Source: a virus
Taxonomy: Duplodnaviria; Caudoviricetes
Reading direction: 5' to 3' (one strand)
IMG/VR virus record: IMGVR_UViG_3300032212_000699
Coordinates: 1 to 42,829 of that record
Length of the DNA: 42,829 nucleotides
Part shown: positions 34,358 through 42,829 of the stretch, in pieces
Position numbering within the stretch: the stretch's first letter is position 1
How the letters are laid out: every line of letters starts with the position of its first letter
Program-made: the position numbers and the translations under genes
Notes under the pieces: model-generated
What the model was told of the DNA's origin: nothing
The model's input: the letters and a program-made list of their open reading frames with translations, nothing else
Databases searched by the model: none

Positions 34358-34906
34358 TTAGATGTTTTGTTTCGTGGCGTCAACTCGTTGCATAAATGAG
34401 TGGAAGCCGCGGATCGCGGCGCTTGCCTTATCCGCTGTAAAATCGCCATCGGCATACGTTCCAGCAAGGTTCAGTCTTACTTTCACAGATTGTGATGAAA
34501 GTAATTTCTCTATAAAGGTGCGTGTAGTGAGAAAGCGTTTGCTTGATGTGTCGCTAATGATTCCGCCTGTGGTGGATATCTCATAGTCGGTTAAACTGTT
34601 TGCAGCGCTTAGCGATGTTATTTCGCCGTCGATATTGAAGAGTAGGCTATTGTTATTTTCGATTCGTTCTAGTCCGGAAACCGTTGCAGTGATCACAATC
34701 TTATCTTTCAGTTTTGTGTTCCAGAAAAGCCCTAATTGAATTGCGCTGCCGCTGAAAGTATCGGTGCTTCCATAGACAAGTCCTGGTTCCATTGATAGCT
34801 CTGTTGACCCGTCAAACGTTGATTCTGTCTGTCGGATGTTGTTCGGCATGCCAGCCATGCAGCCAATTAGCATGCTAGCAAGCGCTACCGTTATCAGTTT
34901 TTTCAT
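34358..34906 (-). CDS. Lipoprotein moron on the opposite strand
   Basis: MKKLITVALASMLIGC lipobox. Confidence 0.75.
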   Translation of the reverse strand: MKKLITVALASMLIGCMAGMPNNIRQTESTFDGSTELSMEPGLVYGSTDTFSGSAIQLGLFWNTKLKDKIVITATVSGLERIENNNSLLFNIDGEITSLSAANSLTDYEISTTGGIISDTSSKRFLTTRTFIEKLLSSQSVKVRLNLAGTYADGDFTADKASAAIRGFHSFMQRVDATKQNI

Positions 34907-35020
34907 TGCAATGGTCTCGGGTTGTGGTAGTGCTATTCTTGGTCTTATCGGGTTCATCTGTCAATGTGAAAAATCATCTCGTTATAGTTCGGTCTAAATT
35001 ACTGATAAAAATCAACCACT

Positions 35021-35043
35021 AAACCCGCTTCGGCGGGTTTTTT
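35021..35043. terminator. Intrinsic terminator (possibly bidirectional)
   Basis: AAACCCGC-TTCG-GCGGGTTTTTT. Confidence 0.8.
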
Positions 35044-35076
35044 ACTTTGTGCCCTTTGGGTATTGCCCGGAATTCA

Positions 35077-35706
35077 ATGACCACACTCACCTTTTTTGCT
35101 AAACGAAACATCGTTACTGCGCCTTACCTGGTCGCGGGTGCTGATATATCGGCATCGGATGTTGATAATTCGTTCGACAGCGTTACTACTGATCTCTCAG
35201 GCATTGCTGATGATTATTGGCTGTATGTGTTGGCGGGTGCTAATGCTGGCTGGCACCAGGTGGTGACTGCGCTCACCAATAAAATCACCACCACCTCTGT
35301 GCTTGTTACTGAGGCTGCTGGTACCAACATCACGCTCGATGGTTATGAGCATGGTCAGGGCGCGCAGTACCAGCTTGAGACGGCATCGCAAATGATCATG
35401 GATACCGAGGTGCCAATTGGCCCACGTCCAAAGCGGGCGCTTAACGGTACGCCTGAAACCATCATCCATCGCATTGATACTTTATGGGATATTCAAACCG
35501 GCATCATCATGCCTGAGGATGTGAAGTATTGGGATGAATTCAAGCGCTCGGTATTGGGTGGTGAAACTTTCACGCTAGATCCTTACGGTACCATTGCTGT
35601 GCCTGTTGATCCTGTATCGGTAGTGCTGGATGTTCGCTCGCTCAAGTTGGAGCGTGTGCAAAACTCACAGATGCGCCAGCTTTCATTCAAGGCGCGTGAA
35701 ATCTAA
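35077..35706 (+). CDS. Tail tip / distal-tail-like protein
   Basis: Position after the tape measure gene; TAATG overlap with the large tail protein. Confidence 0.6.
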   Translation: MTTLTFFAKRNIVTAPYLVAGADISASDVDNSFDSVTTDLSGIADDYWLYVLAGANAGWHQVVTALTNKITTTSVLVTEAAGTNITLDGYEHGQGAQYQLETASQMIMDTEVPIGPRPKRALNGTPETIIHRIDTLWDIQTGIIMPEDVKYWDEFKRSVLGGETFTLDPYGTIAVPVDPVSVVLDVRSLKLERVQNSQMRQLSFKAREI

Positions 35707-38700
35707 TGCGCGCAGATTCCCTTGCCTTAATCGATGCTAATGCAGCCAACGAAAAAGAGCCTCGTTATCTAATCGTTCAGTCTTTGGATGATGCGGATAC
35801 CGATCTGCTTTACTTGCCATCGCACGATGATGTTGCGTTGCCCGGTGGTGGCACGGTGCTCACGGGTTTAATTGAAGGGCTGTCGGCTACCAGTCAAAAA
35901 CTTAACCCGGATCAGGGTCGTGCAGAAATCGGCTCGATTAATTATAAGATTGTCGATGTAGATGCGCAGCTCACTATCTATCTAAGCACCAAATATGGCT
36001 TTGGCTATAGTATTTTTGGTAAACGCACGCAGGTCTATTTCGGTTACAAAGGTTTTGAGTGGGCTGATTATGTGCTGGTGCAAACTCAGCAGGTAAGCAG
36101 TAATGAATATCACGATGGTATTTACTCAGTGGGTTGTCATGATATTCAGCGTGCCACGCGTAAGGATATTTTCGAGCCTAAAAAAACCAAACTAACCGCC
36201 CAGATACTGGCCTCAGATACGGTCGATGGTGCTGGGTCGCCGATACCGTTTACCTTGTCTGCTGTCAGTACCGCTGAGTTTGAGATGGTGGCGCACGGCA
36301 GCAGTTATTCTGACGCGCCCAATCTAACGGTTGGTTATCTGCGCATTAAAGATACCTTTATCCGTTACAACGGAAAAACGGCCGGTGAATACACAGGTTG
36401 TGTGGTGGTGTTTGGCACTCGTATGGAAACGTTTGATGCCGGTGAAGATGTCGAAGAGGTTATCTACCTTGAGATGCCAGCGCCAAAGCTTGCCTATGCC
36501 GTGCTCACGGGTATTCTGCATAATCAGGGCGGCGCTACGTTGCCGGCGCATTGGCATTTGGGTATTGATCCCTCGCTGGTGCGACTTTCTGACTTTACCA
36601 GTCGAATCGATTGGTGGGATGGAAACAACGACAGCGCAACCATTCCGCTGCGTTTTTGGGGTGAAACCAGAACCGATGGTAAGCGGTTTTTAGAAGAGCA
36701 AATCTACCTGGTAATGGGCGCGTATTCGCCAGTTTATGCCGATGGTGCGTTGGGCTTTCGTAGCATGGTATCGATCATCCCGAATGCGCCTACTGCGTTA
36801 GAGTTGAATACTTCTAATGTGGAGAGTTATGGGCCGCTGAAGCATGACTATTCATCGCTGCACAATCAGATTCGAATTCTCTGGAGTTGGGATCCTATAA
36901 AAGAAAAATTTGCGCGCGATAATCTACTGATTGGCGCTAATAGCATCGGGCAGCACGGCCCTTCAGATGTGTTAACCATTGAGGCGCGAGGGCTGCACGG
37001 ATCAATCCATGCCGAAGAATTTCTTAACGTTCGTTTTAATTCCATCGCGGATCGTTACCTTAATCCGCTTGAGCGCATTAAGCTTGTTATTCGTTTTGGT
37101 TTGAATGGTATCGAGATCGGCGATGTACCGCGTGTGAGCCTTGATGAAGTGCGAGACTTCGTGAGCAATGAGCCGCTTAGGCTATACCGCGCGATGGAAG
37201 TGCAGCAAGTGCGGGTGGACTGGCTTAATGGTGGGCTGAGTCTGGATCTGTTTGGCTCTACTAGCCGTGGTGAAACGCTGTCGTTGGCGTCTACTGCGGT
37301 GCTGCCAGATGCGCATTACATCGAAAATTCAAACGGTGAAATAGATTTAAAAGCGTACCTGGATAATAGGTATGGTGCCGGTGTTGTTTTTGATGACGTA
37401 ACGACGCCGGGTGTTGGGCATTTTATCGCTGATTGTGAATTGCCTGGTGCGGCGCTGATGAGTGATGCGCTTTATTACTATGATGGCTCGCTGCATGTTG
37501 ATGGTGGTGTGGTGGTCACAATCACAAAGAACGTGTGGTTGCGCCGTCGTGGGCACTTGCAGATTGATGGTGAGATTGATGGTGTTGGGCGGGGGCTGCC
37601 CGGGTCGCCTGCCTATACAGAGGTGCCTTCTGACGCAGAAGAAAGGGCTAATGTGCTGAATGGTGTTGGTGTTGCTGGTTATTTTGGTGCGACGCATGCG
37701 GGTGGCTTTTTATCGAAAAGTGATCCTACATTTAATTTTACATCGGGTTTATTGCATTCGAATAACTCGAGGTCTCAGGGTAGTTATGATATTCCCTATG
37801 CGGTTCCACCGTCGGTGGTCACGGTTAAAACTCTACCTAGATATGAGATAGCTTATGTTGATGGGGTTCTCGTTGGGATGCCTGATAATCTAATGGGTAG
37901 TGCAGGAGGGGGGGGTGGTGCAGCTATGCGCCGTCCTGCTGGTAGCACTTTTGTTGTACTACAGCCTGGTGGAGATGGTGGGGCTGGCGGCGCTGGCTTT
38001 ATTTCTGAGGGGCGAGGGGTGTCTTTTGGCGCAAGTGGGCGTATTGATTTAAGTGGTGCCTCCGGTGCGCCTGGTGTGTTGGACGCTACTTATCAGATGT
38101 ATTCAAGCGGTGGTGCGGGCGGTGCTCCTGGGGGCTGGCTTGACATTGAAGACGGTGATAGCCCGGTGGTTGCGCTGGGGAGATTTATCGCTAACCAGGG
38201 AGTTACGCCTGTTAGTGGTAATCGTGTAACGGCAAACCCGTGGAGCTTTACACCCGATCATTTTCATCAGGTTGATTTTAATGACGTGGATCTGCCTGTT
38301 TCTAGTTTTTTCCCTGGGTTCAATGGTGCAATTGATCAGTCTAAAGAGGCTCATGTTTCAGTGCCTATCATCGGCGGCGAAACGCCAGTAGCCGATCCAG
38401 ACATTGGCATACTTACTGCGCCCACTGGTATCTCAGTTGCCACTGGTAACGCAGCGCTAGACCGCCATGACGACGGCACAATCATTGCTGGTGTGCGCTT
38501 GTCCTGGGTGCCTAGCGTTGACAGTCGCACGCTTGGTTATGAGGTGCGGTACAAGCTCAGTAGCGATACAGAATACCGTTACACGCCGCTGGTGATTGGG
38601 CGTGAAGCAATCGAAGCGTTCATCAGCGGGCTAATCAGTGGTGCTGTGATGGATTTCGGTGTGCGCGCGGCGGGTGCGGATCGCATCAAATCTAACTGGA

Positions 38701-39704
38701 TTGATGCGCTGAGTGAAACGATCATAGGCAAAGAAGAGTTGCCCACTGGTATGACCGGTCTTGTGGTCTCACAATCGGGCGGTGGGCCGGTGGTGATTAC
38801 CTGTGATGAGGTCATTCATGCAGCATTGCCAGACTTTGCAGGTAACGTTTACCGCTTTGGGCCGCAAGATGATGCGTTGACCTGGGGCGATGCGACGCCA
38901 ATCAACACCAAGCCGGATTCAGACAATGTAACGGATGCTTCTTTGCCGCCGGGTGATCATCGTATCTTTGGTAAAAGGCAAGATATGGGCGGGCGGCAAT
39001 CGCTGAATGCGGTCTATCAAGATATAACAATCACGACCGACTATAACGCGATATCGGATGTTCAGCAGTTCCCTGGTTGGCCGGGAACGCTCACTAATTT
39101 TGTGATTAATCATGATGGGAAGTTGTTGCCAAGCAGCACCATGCTTGCTAGTGAGTTAACAGAAGAAGAGATTTACAACACCTTCATTCCTCATCCAGAG
39201 GCGATATGTACCTATGATACTCTCGTTTATGATTTAGGTTTTGACACCACTGCGCGTATTTTCGCAGATATAGCCTCGCACCTTGGCCCTGGCGCAACTG
39301 GCATTGCAAACCCGAAATTACAGGTTAAATATACAACCGATGCGGGCGCGTGGACTGATTGGGTTGATTGGGTGTCGGGTGAGGCGCTATGCCGGTATGT
39401 GCAGTTTCGCTTATTGCTGGATACCAGTGTGGGCGTAGCGGTAATCGACTCAATGCGCTGCGTGGCGGATCTAAAGGAGTGGTCGCAACACATGGCGGGC
39501 GTGGCGATTGGCACCGCTGGCACAGTGGTCACGTTTGATCGGCCGTACCACTTGCCGCCGTTTGCGAGTGTTCAGCTAGCCGGTAGCGTTGCAACTAGTG
39601 TTCGTCGTCGAAACATAACGGCCACGAGCATGCTAGTAGAAACGCTTGATGCAAACGGCGCGCTGGTAGCGGATGTTGTGGATATTGATCTGAAAGGAGT
39701 TTGA
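35706..39704 (+). CDS. Large central tail fibre / host-specificity protein with Gly-rich and FN3-like regions
   Basis: 1332 aa; GGGGG/GGAGG motifs; APTGISV...LSW...YEVRYK...GVRA. Confidence 0.75.
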   Translation: MRADSLALIDANAANEKEPRYLIVQSLDDADTDLLYLPSHDDVALPGGGTVLTGLIEGLSATSQKLNPDQGRAEIGSINYKIVDVDAQLTIYLSTKYGFGYSIFGKRTQVYFGYKGFEWADYVLVQTQQVSSNEYHDGIYSVGCHDIQRATRKDIFEPKKTKLTAQILASDTVDGAGSPIPFTLSAVSTAEFEMVAHGSSYSDAPNLTVGYLRIKDTFIRYNGKTAGEYTGCVVVFGTRMETFDAGEDVEEVIYLEMPAPKLAYAVLTGILHNQGGATLPAHWHLGIDPSLVRLSDFTSRIDWWDGNNDSATIPLRFWGETRTDGKRFLEEQIYLVMGAYSPVYADGALGFRSMVSIIPNAPTALELNTSNVESYGPLKHDYSSLHNQIRILWSWDPIKEKFARDNLLIGANSIGQHGPSDVLTIEARGLHGSIHAEEFLNVRFNSIADRYLNPLERIKLVIRFGLNGIEIGDVPRVSLDEVRDFVSNEPLRLYRAMEVQQVRVDWLNGGLSLDLFGSTSRGETLSLASTAVLPDAHYIENSNGEIDLKAYLDNRYGAGVVFDDVTTPGVGHFIADCELPGAALMSDALYYYDGSLHVDGGVVVTITKNVWLRRRGHLQIDGEIDGVGRGLPGSPAYTEVPSDAEERANVLNGVGVAGYFGATHAGGFLSKSDPTFNFTSGLLHSNNSRSQGSYDIPYAVPPSVVTVKTLPRYEIAYVDGVLVGMPDNLMGSAGGGGGAAMRRPAGSTFVVLQPGGDGGAGGAGFISEGRGVSFGASGRIDLSGASGAPGVLDATYQMYSSGGAGGAPGGWLDIEDGDSPVVALGRFIANQGVTPVSGNRVTANPWSFTPDHFHQVDFNDVDLPVSSFFPGFNGAIDQSKEAHVSVPIIGGETPVADPDIGILTAPTGISVATGNAALDRHDDGTIIAGVRLSWVPSVDSRTLGYEVRYKLSSDTEYRYTPLVIGREAIEAFISGLISGAVMDFGVRAAGADRIKSNWIDALSETIIGKEELPTGMTGLVVSQSGGGPVVITCDEVIHAALPDFAGNVYRFGPQDDALTWGDATPINTKPDSDNVTDASLPPGDHRIFGKRQDMGGRQSLNAVYQDITITTDYNAISDVQQFPGWPGTLTNFVINHDGKLLPSSTMLASELTEEEIYNTFIPHPEAICTYDTLVYDLGFDTTARIFADIASHLGPGATGIANPKLQVKYTTDAGAWTDWVDWVSGEALCRYVQFRLLLDTSVGVAVIDSMRCVADLKEWSQHMAGVAIGTAGTVVTFDRPYHLPPFASVQLAGSVATSVRRRNITATSMLVETLDANGALVADVVDIDLKGV

Positions 39705-40867
39705 TAGTGGTAAAAACATATGAGCAGCCTGTATATGGTAGCGATGCGTTTCCTGATTATTTTGTTAACGGGGATAATGCGCTAGCTGTACATCACGGCA
39801 TAGCGGGTGCATTTGCCGCGCATGCGGCGGCGGTGCCAGATATGACAGCGGTGGTGGATGCAGGGCTGGTGCAGTTTGGGGCTGCGCTTGTTGAGCAAGC
39901 GCAGCAAACAACGGGGGTTATCACCGCGCCTGTTACTAACCCGCGTAATGATATTGTTGTGGTTGATAGTGCGACGGGTGTTGTTTCGGTGGTTGCGGGT
40001 GTTGAGGCAGTGAGTCCGGCTGATCCGGCAATTCCAGCAGGGAAAAGCCCTGTGGCCAGGGTAAAGCTTTTAACGTCCACGACAGTCATTACTAATACTA
40101 TTATTGATGATCTTCGGCCGTTGATTAGAGGTGCATCGTCAAATAAACAAGGAGCTGATTTAGCAGTGGCAGACGCGTTACCGCTTTTGGATGACGGTGA
40201 TTGGAATTTTGTTGTTTCAGGTTCTGGCGGCAGTATTACGTCGTTTGACTCCGTAAGTTTGGGAGCAATTAAAACACTTGTTTTTGATGTCGATGCAGAG
40301 CTTGTGGACGGTCAAGATTTGGTACTCCCCGGTGGCGTTGATATTTCCGTCGAGGCGGGTGCTGTGCTGCAATTTGTTGAGTATGTAGTGGGCCGTTGGA
40401 AGTGCACTGGTTACCTGCCGGGCGGCGCATCGAATGGTAAACTTGCATTTAAAGATAATACTCAATGGTACTCTAGTACCACGTTAGTCGGTGACCTTGA
40501 GCTTGCTGATTTCTTTTTAGCTGCTAGTGGTCGTTATAAAGTCGACGGTTATTTGCCCGTGGTGAGCGGGAGCGCCAGCCCTAACTTTAAATTTTCATTC
40601 TCTGATTTGGGCGGCGGCGATGGAGGCTATATCTCTGTTAGAGCCATGACAGGGACGTCGCAAGCTGTATACCAGGGCGAGGTGGATGATGTTTTTACCG
40701 TCAATCTATCGCAGAATATCTATACGGGTATACATATAACTGGGGTTGTTAATGTCGGTGCATCGGCTCGGAACGTTACCTTGCAGGCTGGCACGGTGTC
40801 ATCTAGTATCATTGCAGGCCTGCTGGCGGGCGCTTATCTTAAGTTTAAAAAGATGAGGCAGGGTTAG
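39701..40867 (+). CDS. Tail fibre-like protein
   Basis: PDMTAVVDAG...TAPVTNPRNDIVV...PAIPAG.SPVARV...IDDLR motif of tail proteins. Confidence 0.65.
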   Translation: MIVVKTYEQPVYGSDAFPDYFVNGDNALAVHHGIAGAFAAHAAAVPDMTAVVDAGLVQFGAALVEQAQQTTGVITAPVTNPRNDIVVVDSATGVVSVVAGVEAVSPADPAIPAGKSPVARVKLLTSTTVITNTIIDDLRPLIRGASSNKQGADLAVADALPLLDDGDWNFVVSGSGGSITSFDSVSLGAIKTLVFDVDAELVDGQDLVLPGGVDISVEAGAVLQFVEYVVGRWKCTGYLPGGASNGKLAFKDNTQWYSSTTLVGDLELADFFLAASGRYKVDGYLPVVSGSASPNFKFSFSDLGGGDGGYISVRAMTGTSQAVYQGEVDDVFTVNLSQNIYTGIHITGVVNVGASARNVTLQAGTVSSSIIAGLLAGAYLKFKKMRQG

Positions 40868-40893
40868 CTGTGGCGGTTTACTGGGCGTATTGC

Positions 40894-41142
40894 ATGCGCA
40901 TATTGCTAATAGTCACGCTTACGCAAATAGCTGGCTGCACAATCAGCGCGGGTCTTGCTGTGCATGACAATGATTTTGACTCATTTAAGACAAGTAACCC
41001 TATCGGCGTGGTCAGAGGGGAAACAACAGCCAGGCTGCCATTTGGCGCAAAAGGTTTTTGCATGCATGCGTCCGGCATCCCTGATAAAGAGCGGGGTGGG
41101 TATGGCCTTAATATGTGCGGTGGGATGGTGCGGATTTGGTGA
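40894..41142 (+). CDS. Small lipoprotein
   Basis: MRILLIVTLTQIAGC lipobox; C-terminal Trp. Confidence 0.6.
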   Translation: MRILLIVTLTQIAGCTISAGLAVHDNDFDSFKTSNPIGVVRGETTARLPFGAKGFCMHASGIPDKERGGYGLNMCGGMVRIW

Positions 41143-41253
41143 GTTTAAAAGCTTTCCGGAACTAACGTGTAAGTGTTTGTATTTGTTAGGTGGTAAACTG
41201 CACTTTCGGGCGCTGTTTTTTGCCGCTAAAAAGAACTTAACAGGTTGATGTTT

Positions 41254-41319
41254 ATGGAAAATGTAAAGGTTTTGTTTGTTTGCATGGGCAATCTTTGCCG
41301 GTCTATTATCCTTGGGTAA
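41254..41319 (+). pseudogene. N-terminal fragment of a low-molecular-weight protein tyrosine phosphatase
   Basis: Translates as MENVKVLFVCMGNLCRSIILG*, with the VLFVC-x5-RS P-loop. Confidence 0.65.
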
Positions 41320-41521
41320 CGTTCAGTACCTTTTGCCTTATCTCTTTGCGTTTTTTAAGATCGTCCGATGCAATCACTAGCGCAACTTCACGTAGTAAGT
41401 TCATCAGTTTGAAATTCTCAGCTTCAATCGAGTGAATGTCGATTGTTATTTCCGCTGCCTGCTTAGTGAAGTGCGGGTGTTTCTGGATGGTTTTTAGGGC
41501 GTCTGCTGTTGGTTTTTTCAT
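41306..41521 (-). CDS. Hypothetical protein
   Basis: 71-aa ORF. Confidence 0.5.
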   Translation of the reverse strand: MKKPTADALKTIQKHPHFTKQAAEITIDIHSIEAENFKLMNLLREVALVIASDDLKKRKEIRQKVLNVTQG

Positions 41522-41577
41522 ATTGCAAAATCAATGAATCGTGGTTGAAGTAATTAACATGGGGAAATTCCATGTTT

Positions 41578-41605
41578 AAAATAGCCCCTCGGGTGGCGAG
41601 GGGCT
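41578..41605 (-). terminator. Intrinsic terminator
   Basis: AGCCCCTCG-5 nt-CGAGGGGCT followed by ATTTT on the minus strand. Confidence 0.65.
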
Positions 41606-41625
41606 GGTGGTAACGCTACAAGCGG

Positions 41626-41772
41626 CTACTTTTTCCGCTTGCCTTTTGTCTCATCCTGCCCAAGCACGCACGCAGCAAGCTGCCTAGCTTCTGCCTCCGT
41701 AGGTGTCTTCTTTTTTGATAGTACTAGTGAGGCAAGGGTGGACATTTTATCTGATGATTGTTTTTTAGCCAT
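41626..41772 (-). CDS. 48-aa basic protein (not in the ORF track)
   Basis: MAKKQSSDKMSTLASLVLSKKKTPTEAEARQLAACVLGQDETKGKRKK; RBS GGAG; followed by a terminator. Confidence 0.65.
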   Translation of the reverse strand: MAKKQSSDKMSTLASLVLSKKKTPTEAEARQLAACVLGQDETKGKRKK

Positions 41773-42601
41773 TGTTATAAACTCCAATATTGTTGTTTAG
41801 AGAAATATTTCAAGTCGTGACAAGGCAAACAAAATGGTCTAGTATTTCATTTGTTGGCCACGGTTGTTGCTTACCCTAATAAGGTAAGCGCTGCTGGTTC
41901 AACTTCACTCAACTCAATGAGGAAGCGCCACTGCTGGATTGCAAGGTCCATGGTGTTCTCCTTTTTTAATGTGCCTCGACGACACGGTTAGTGAAAAGGG
42001 GGTGTTTCAAGCATCCCCTGCTTTTTCATAAGCCCGTTAAATCTGAGCTCGTTCTCTTCTGTATTTTTCAATTCACGTACAACGCCTTGATAGTGAATCA
42101 TAAAAACTCAACATCTTGTGTTTATGTAGGTAGCCTAAAGTTAATTAAGAGTCCCGTCAACCACCAGAATAGAAAATTTCTGGTGTGTTGGTAGCATTAA
42201 ATATCAAATAATAACAATAGCATAGAGAGCATCACCCCTTTTTTTATAGGGTGGTTTTGTTCGAGAAACTGAAAAAGCTGCAATTTAACGCGACCACTAC
42301 ATGTAGTGTTTTCGCCAGTCGCTAGCTTAATAGAATTAAGTACTTACAGGTGACAGCAACCCGCGCGTATAGTACAAACGCCAATAGGAAAACTTGTTGG
42401 TTTGTTAATGTGAAGTGATGCTGAGTGTGTCTGGGTACGAACCAGGCGATCGGTGAGGTGTAAGGGGTTTGTTAGTACTGGCAATACCTGGCGCTTGAAT
42501 CACTTGCTGGCTTTGATTAGCAGGGCTTCGGTTAATAACTCCTAAGCGCTACCTGGCTATCAGGTTAAAACAGCGTTTCCAGATATCTTTTTTGCCGGGT
42601 A

Positions 42602-42624
42602 ATGTTGACCAAAAAGCAGACCAA
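42602..42624. repeat. Putative integrase arm-type sites
   Basis: ATGTTGACCA-N4-GCAGACCAA, repeated as ATGTTGACCA-N3-GCAGACCAA on the other side of the att core (42765-42786 = 19-40). Confidence 0.65.
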
Positions 42625-42702
42625 CCCCAGCCCATTCCAGCCCACCGGAGACCGTTTGCCGGTCTACGATGGTTTCTAACTTATTGATATTTAACGATTG
42701 TA

Positions 42703-42726
42703 TGGTGGAGGTGGGGGGAGTCGAAC
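42703..42726 (-). other. attP core: 3' end of tmRNA (ssrA)-like RNA
   Basis: Minus strand GTTCGACTCCCCCCACCTCCACCA (T-loop, acceptor 3' strand, ACCA), next to the int 3' end. Confidence 0.82.
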
Positions 42727-42746
42727 TGCCGTCCGTTCTTTTTGAA

Positions 42747-42829
42747 TCAATCACTTGCAGAGCCATGTTGACCAGATGCAGACCAAGCGGCGGCGGACTT
42801 TTCGCCTGCGCTGGTGTTGTTGTTGGGTA
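42747..42829. repeat. Terminal direct repeat, copy 2
   Basis: Identical to 1-83. Confidence 0.95.

Noticed and set aside
42703-42735. Complete tRNA or tmRNA gene
   Set aside because: Only the 3' T-loop/acceptor fragment is present and the T-stem is mismatched.

Overview
The window is one complete, circularly permuted temperate phage genome of about 42.75 kb: bases 1-83 repeat exactly at 42747-42829. The gene order is lambda-like and the host is probably a gammaproteobacterium (inference). It carries a tyrosine integrase and xis, an attP containing a tmRNA-like 3' end, and a leftward early operon (ssb, KilAC-like protein, DUF2303). These are followed by a cI/cro switch with matching operators, a CII-like gene, a cytosine methyltransferase, a c4-RNA-controlled antirepressor, a replication gene with iterons, Q and a holin. 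The late region holds a lambda-type terminase, portal, ClpP-capsid fusion and siphovirus tail genes. The main finding is an integron-type gene-cassette array at 1729-4700 inside the early-left operon: an attI-like simple site, six complete attC sites and one half site, delimiting seven cassettes. All seven pass the circular-cassette core-complementarity test. Every cassette gene lies antisense to canonical cassette orientation, and several use the attC itself as stop codon, RBS or N-terminus. No intI gene is present. The second finding is two lambda-like cos sites with identical geometry flanking a 3.3-kb five-gene module that includes a lectin-like/Trp-repeat protein. Also noted are a KorC-like moron, no recognisable endolysin, and a stranded LMW-PTP active-site fragment. 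All protein calls come from motif recognition and gene context only; no database search was run.
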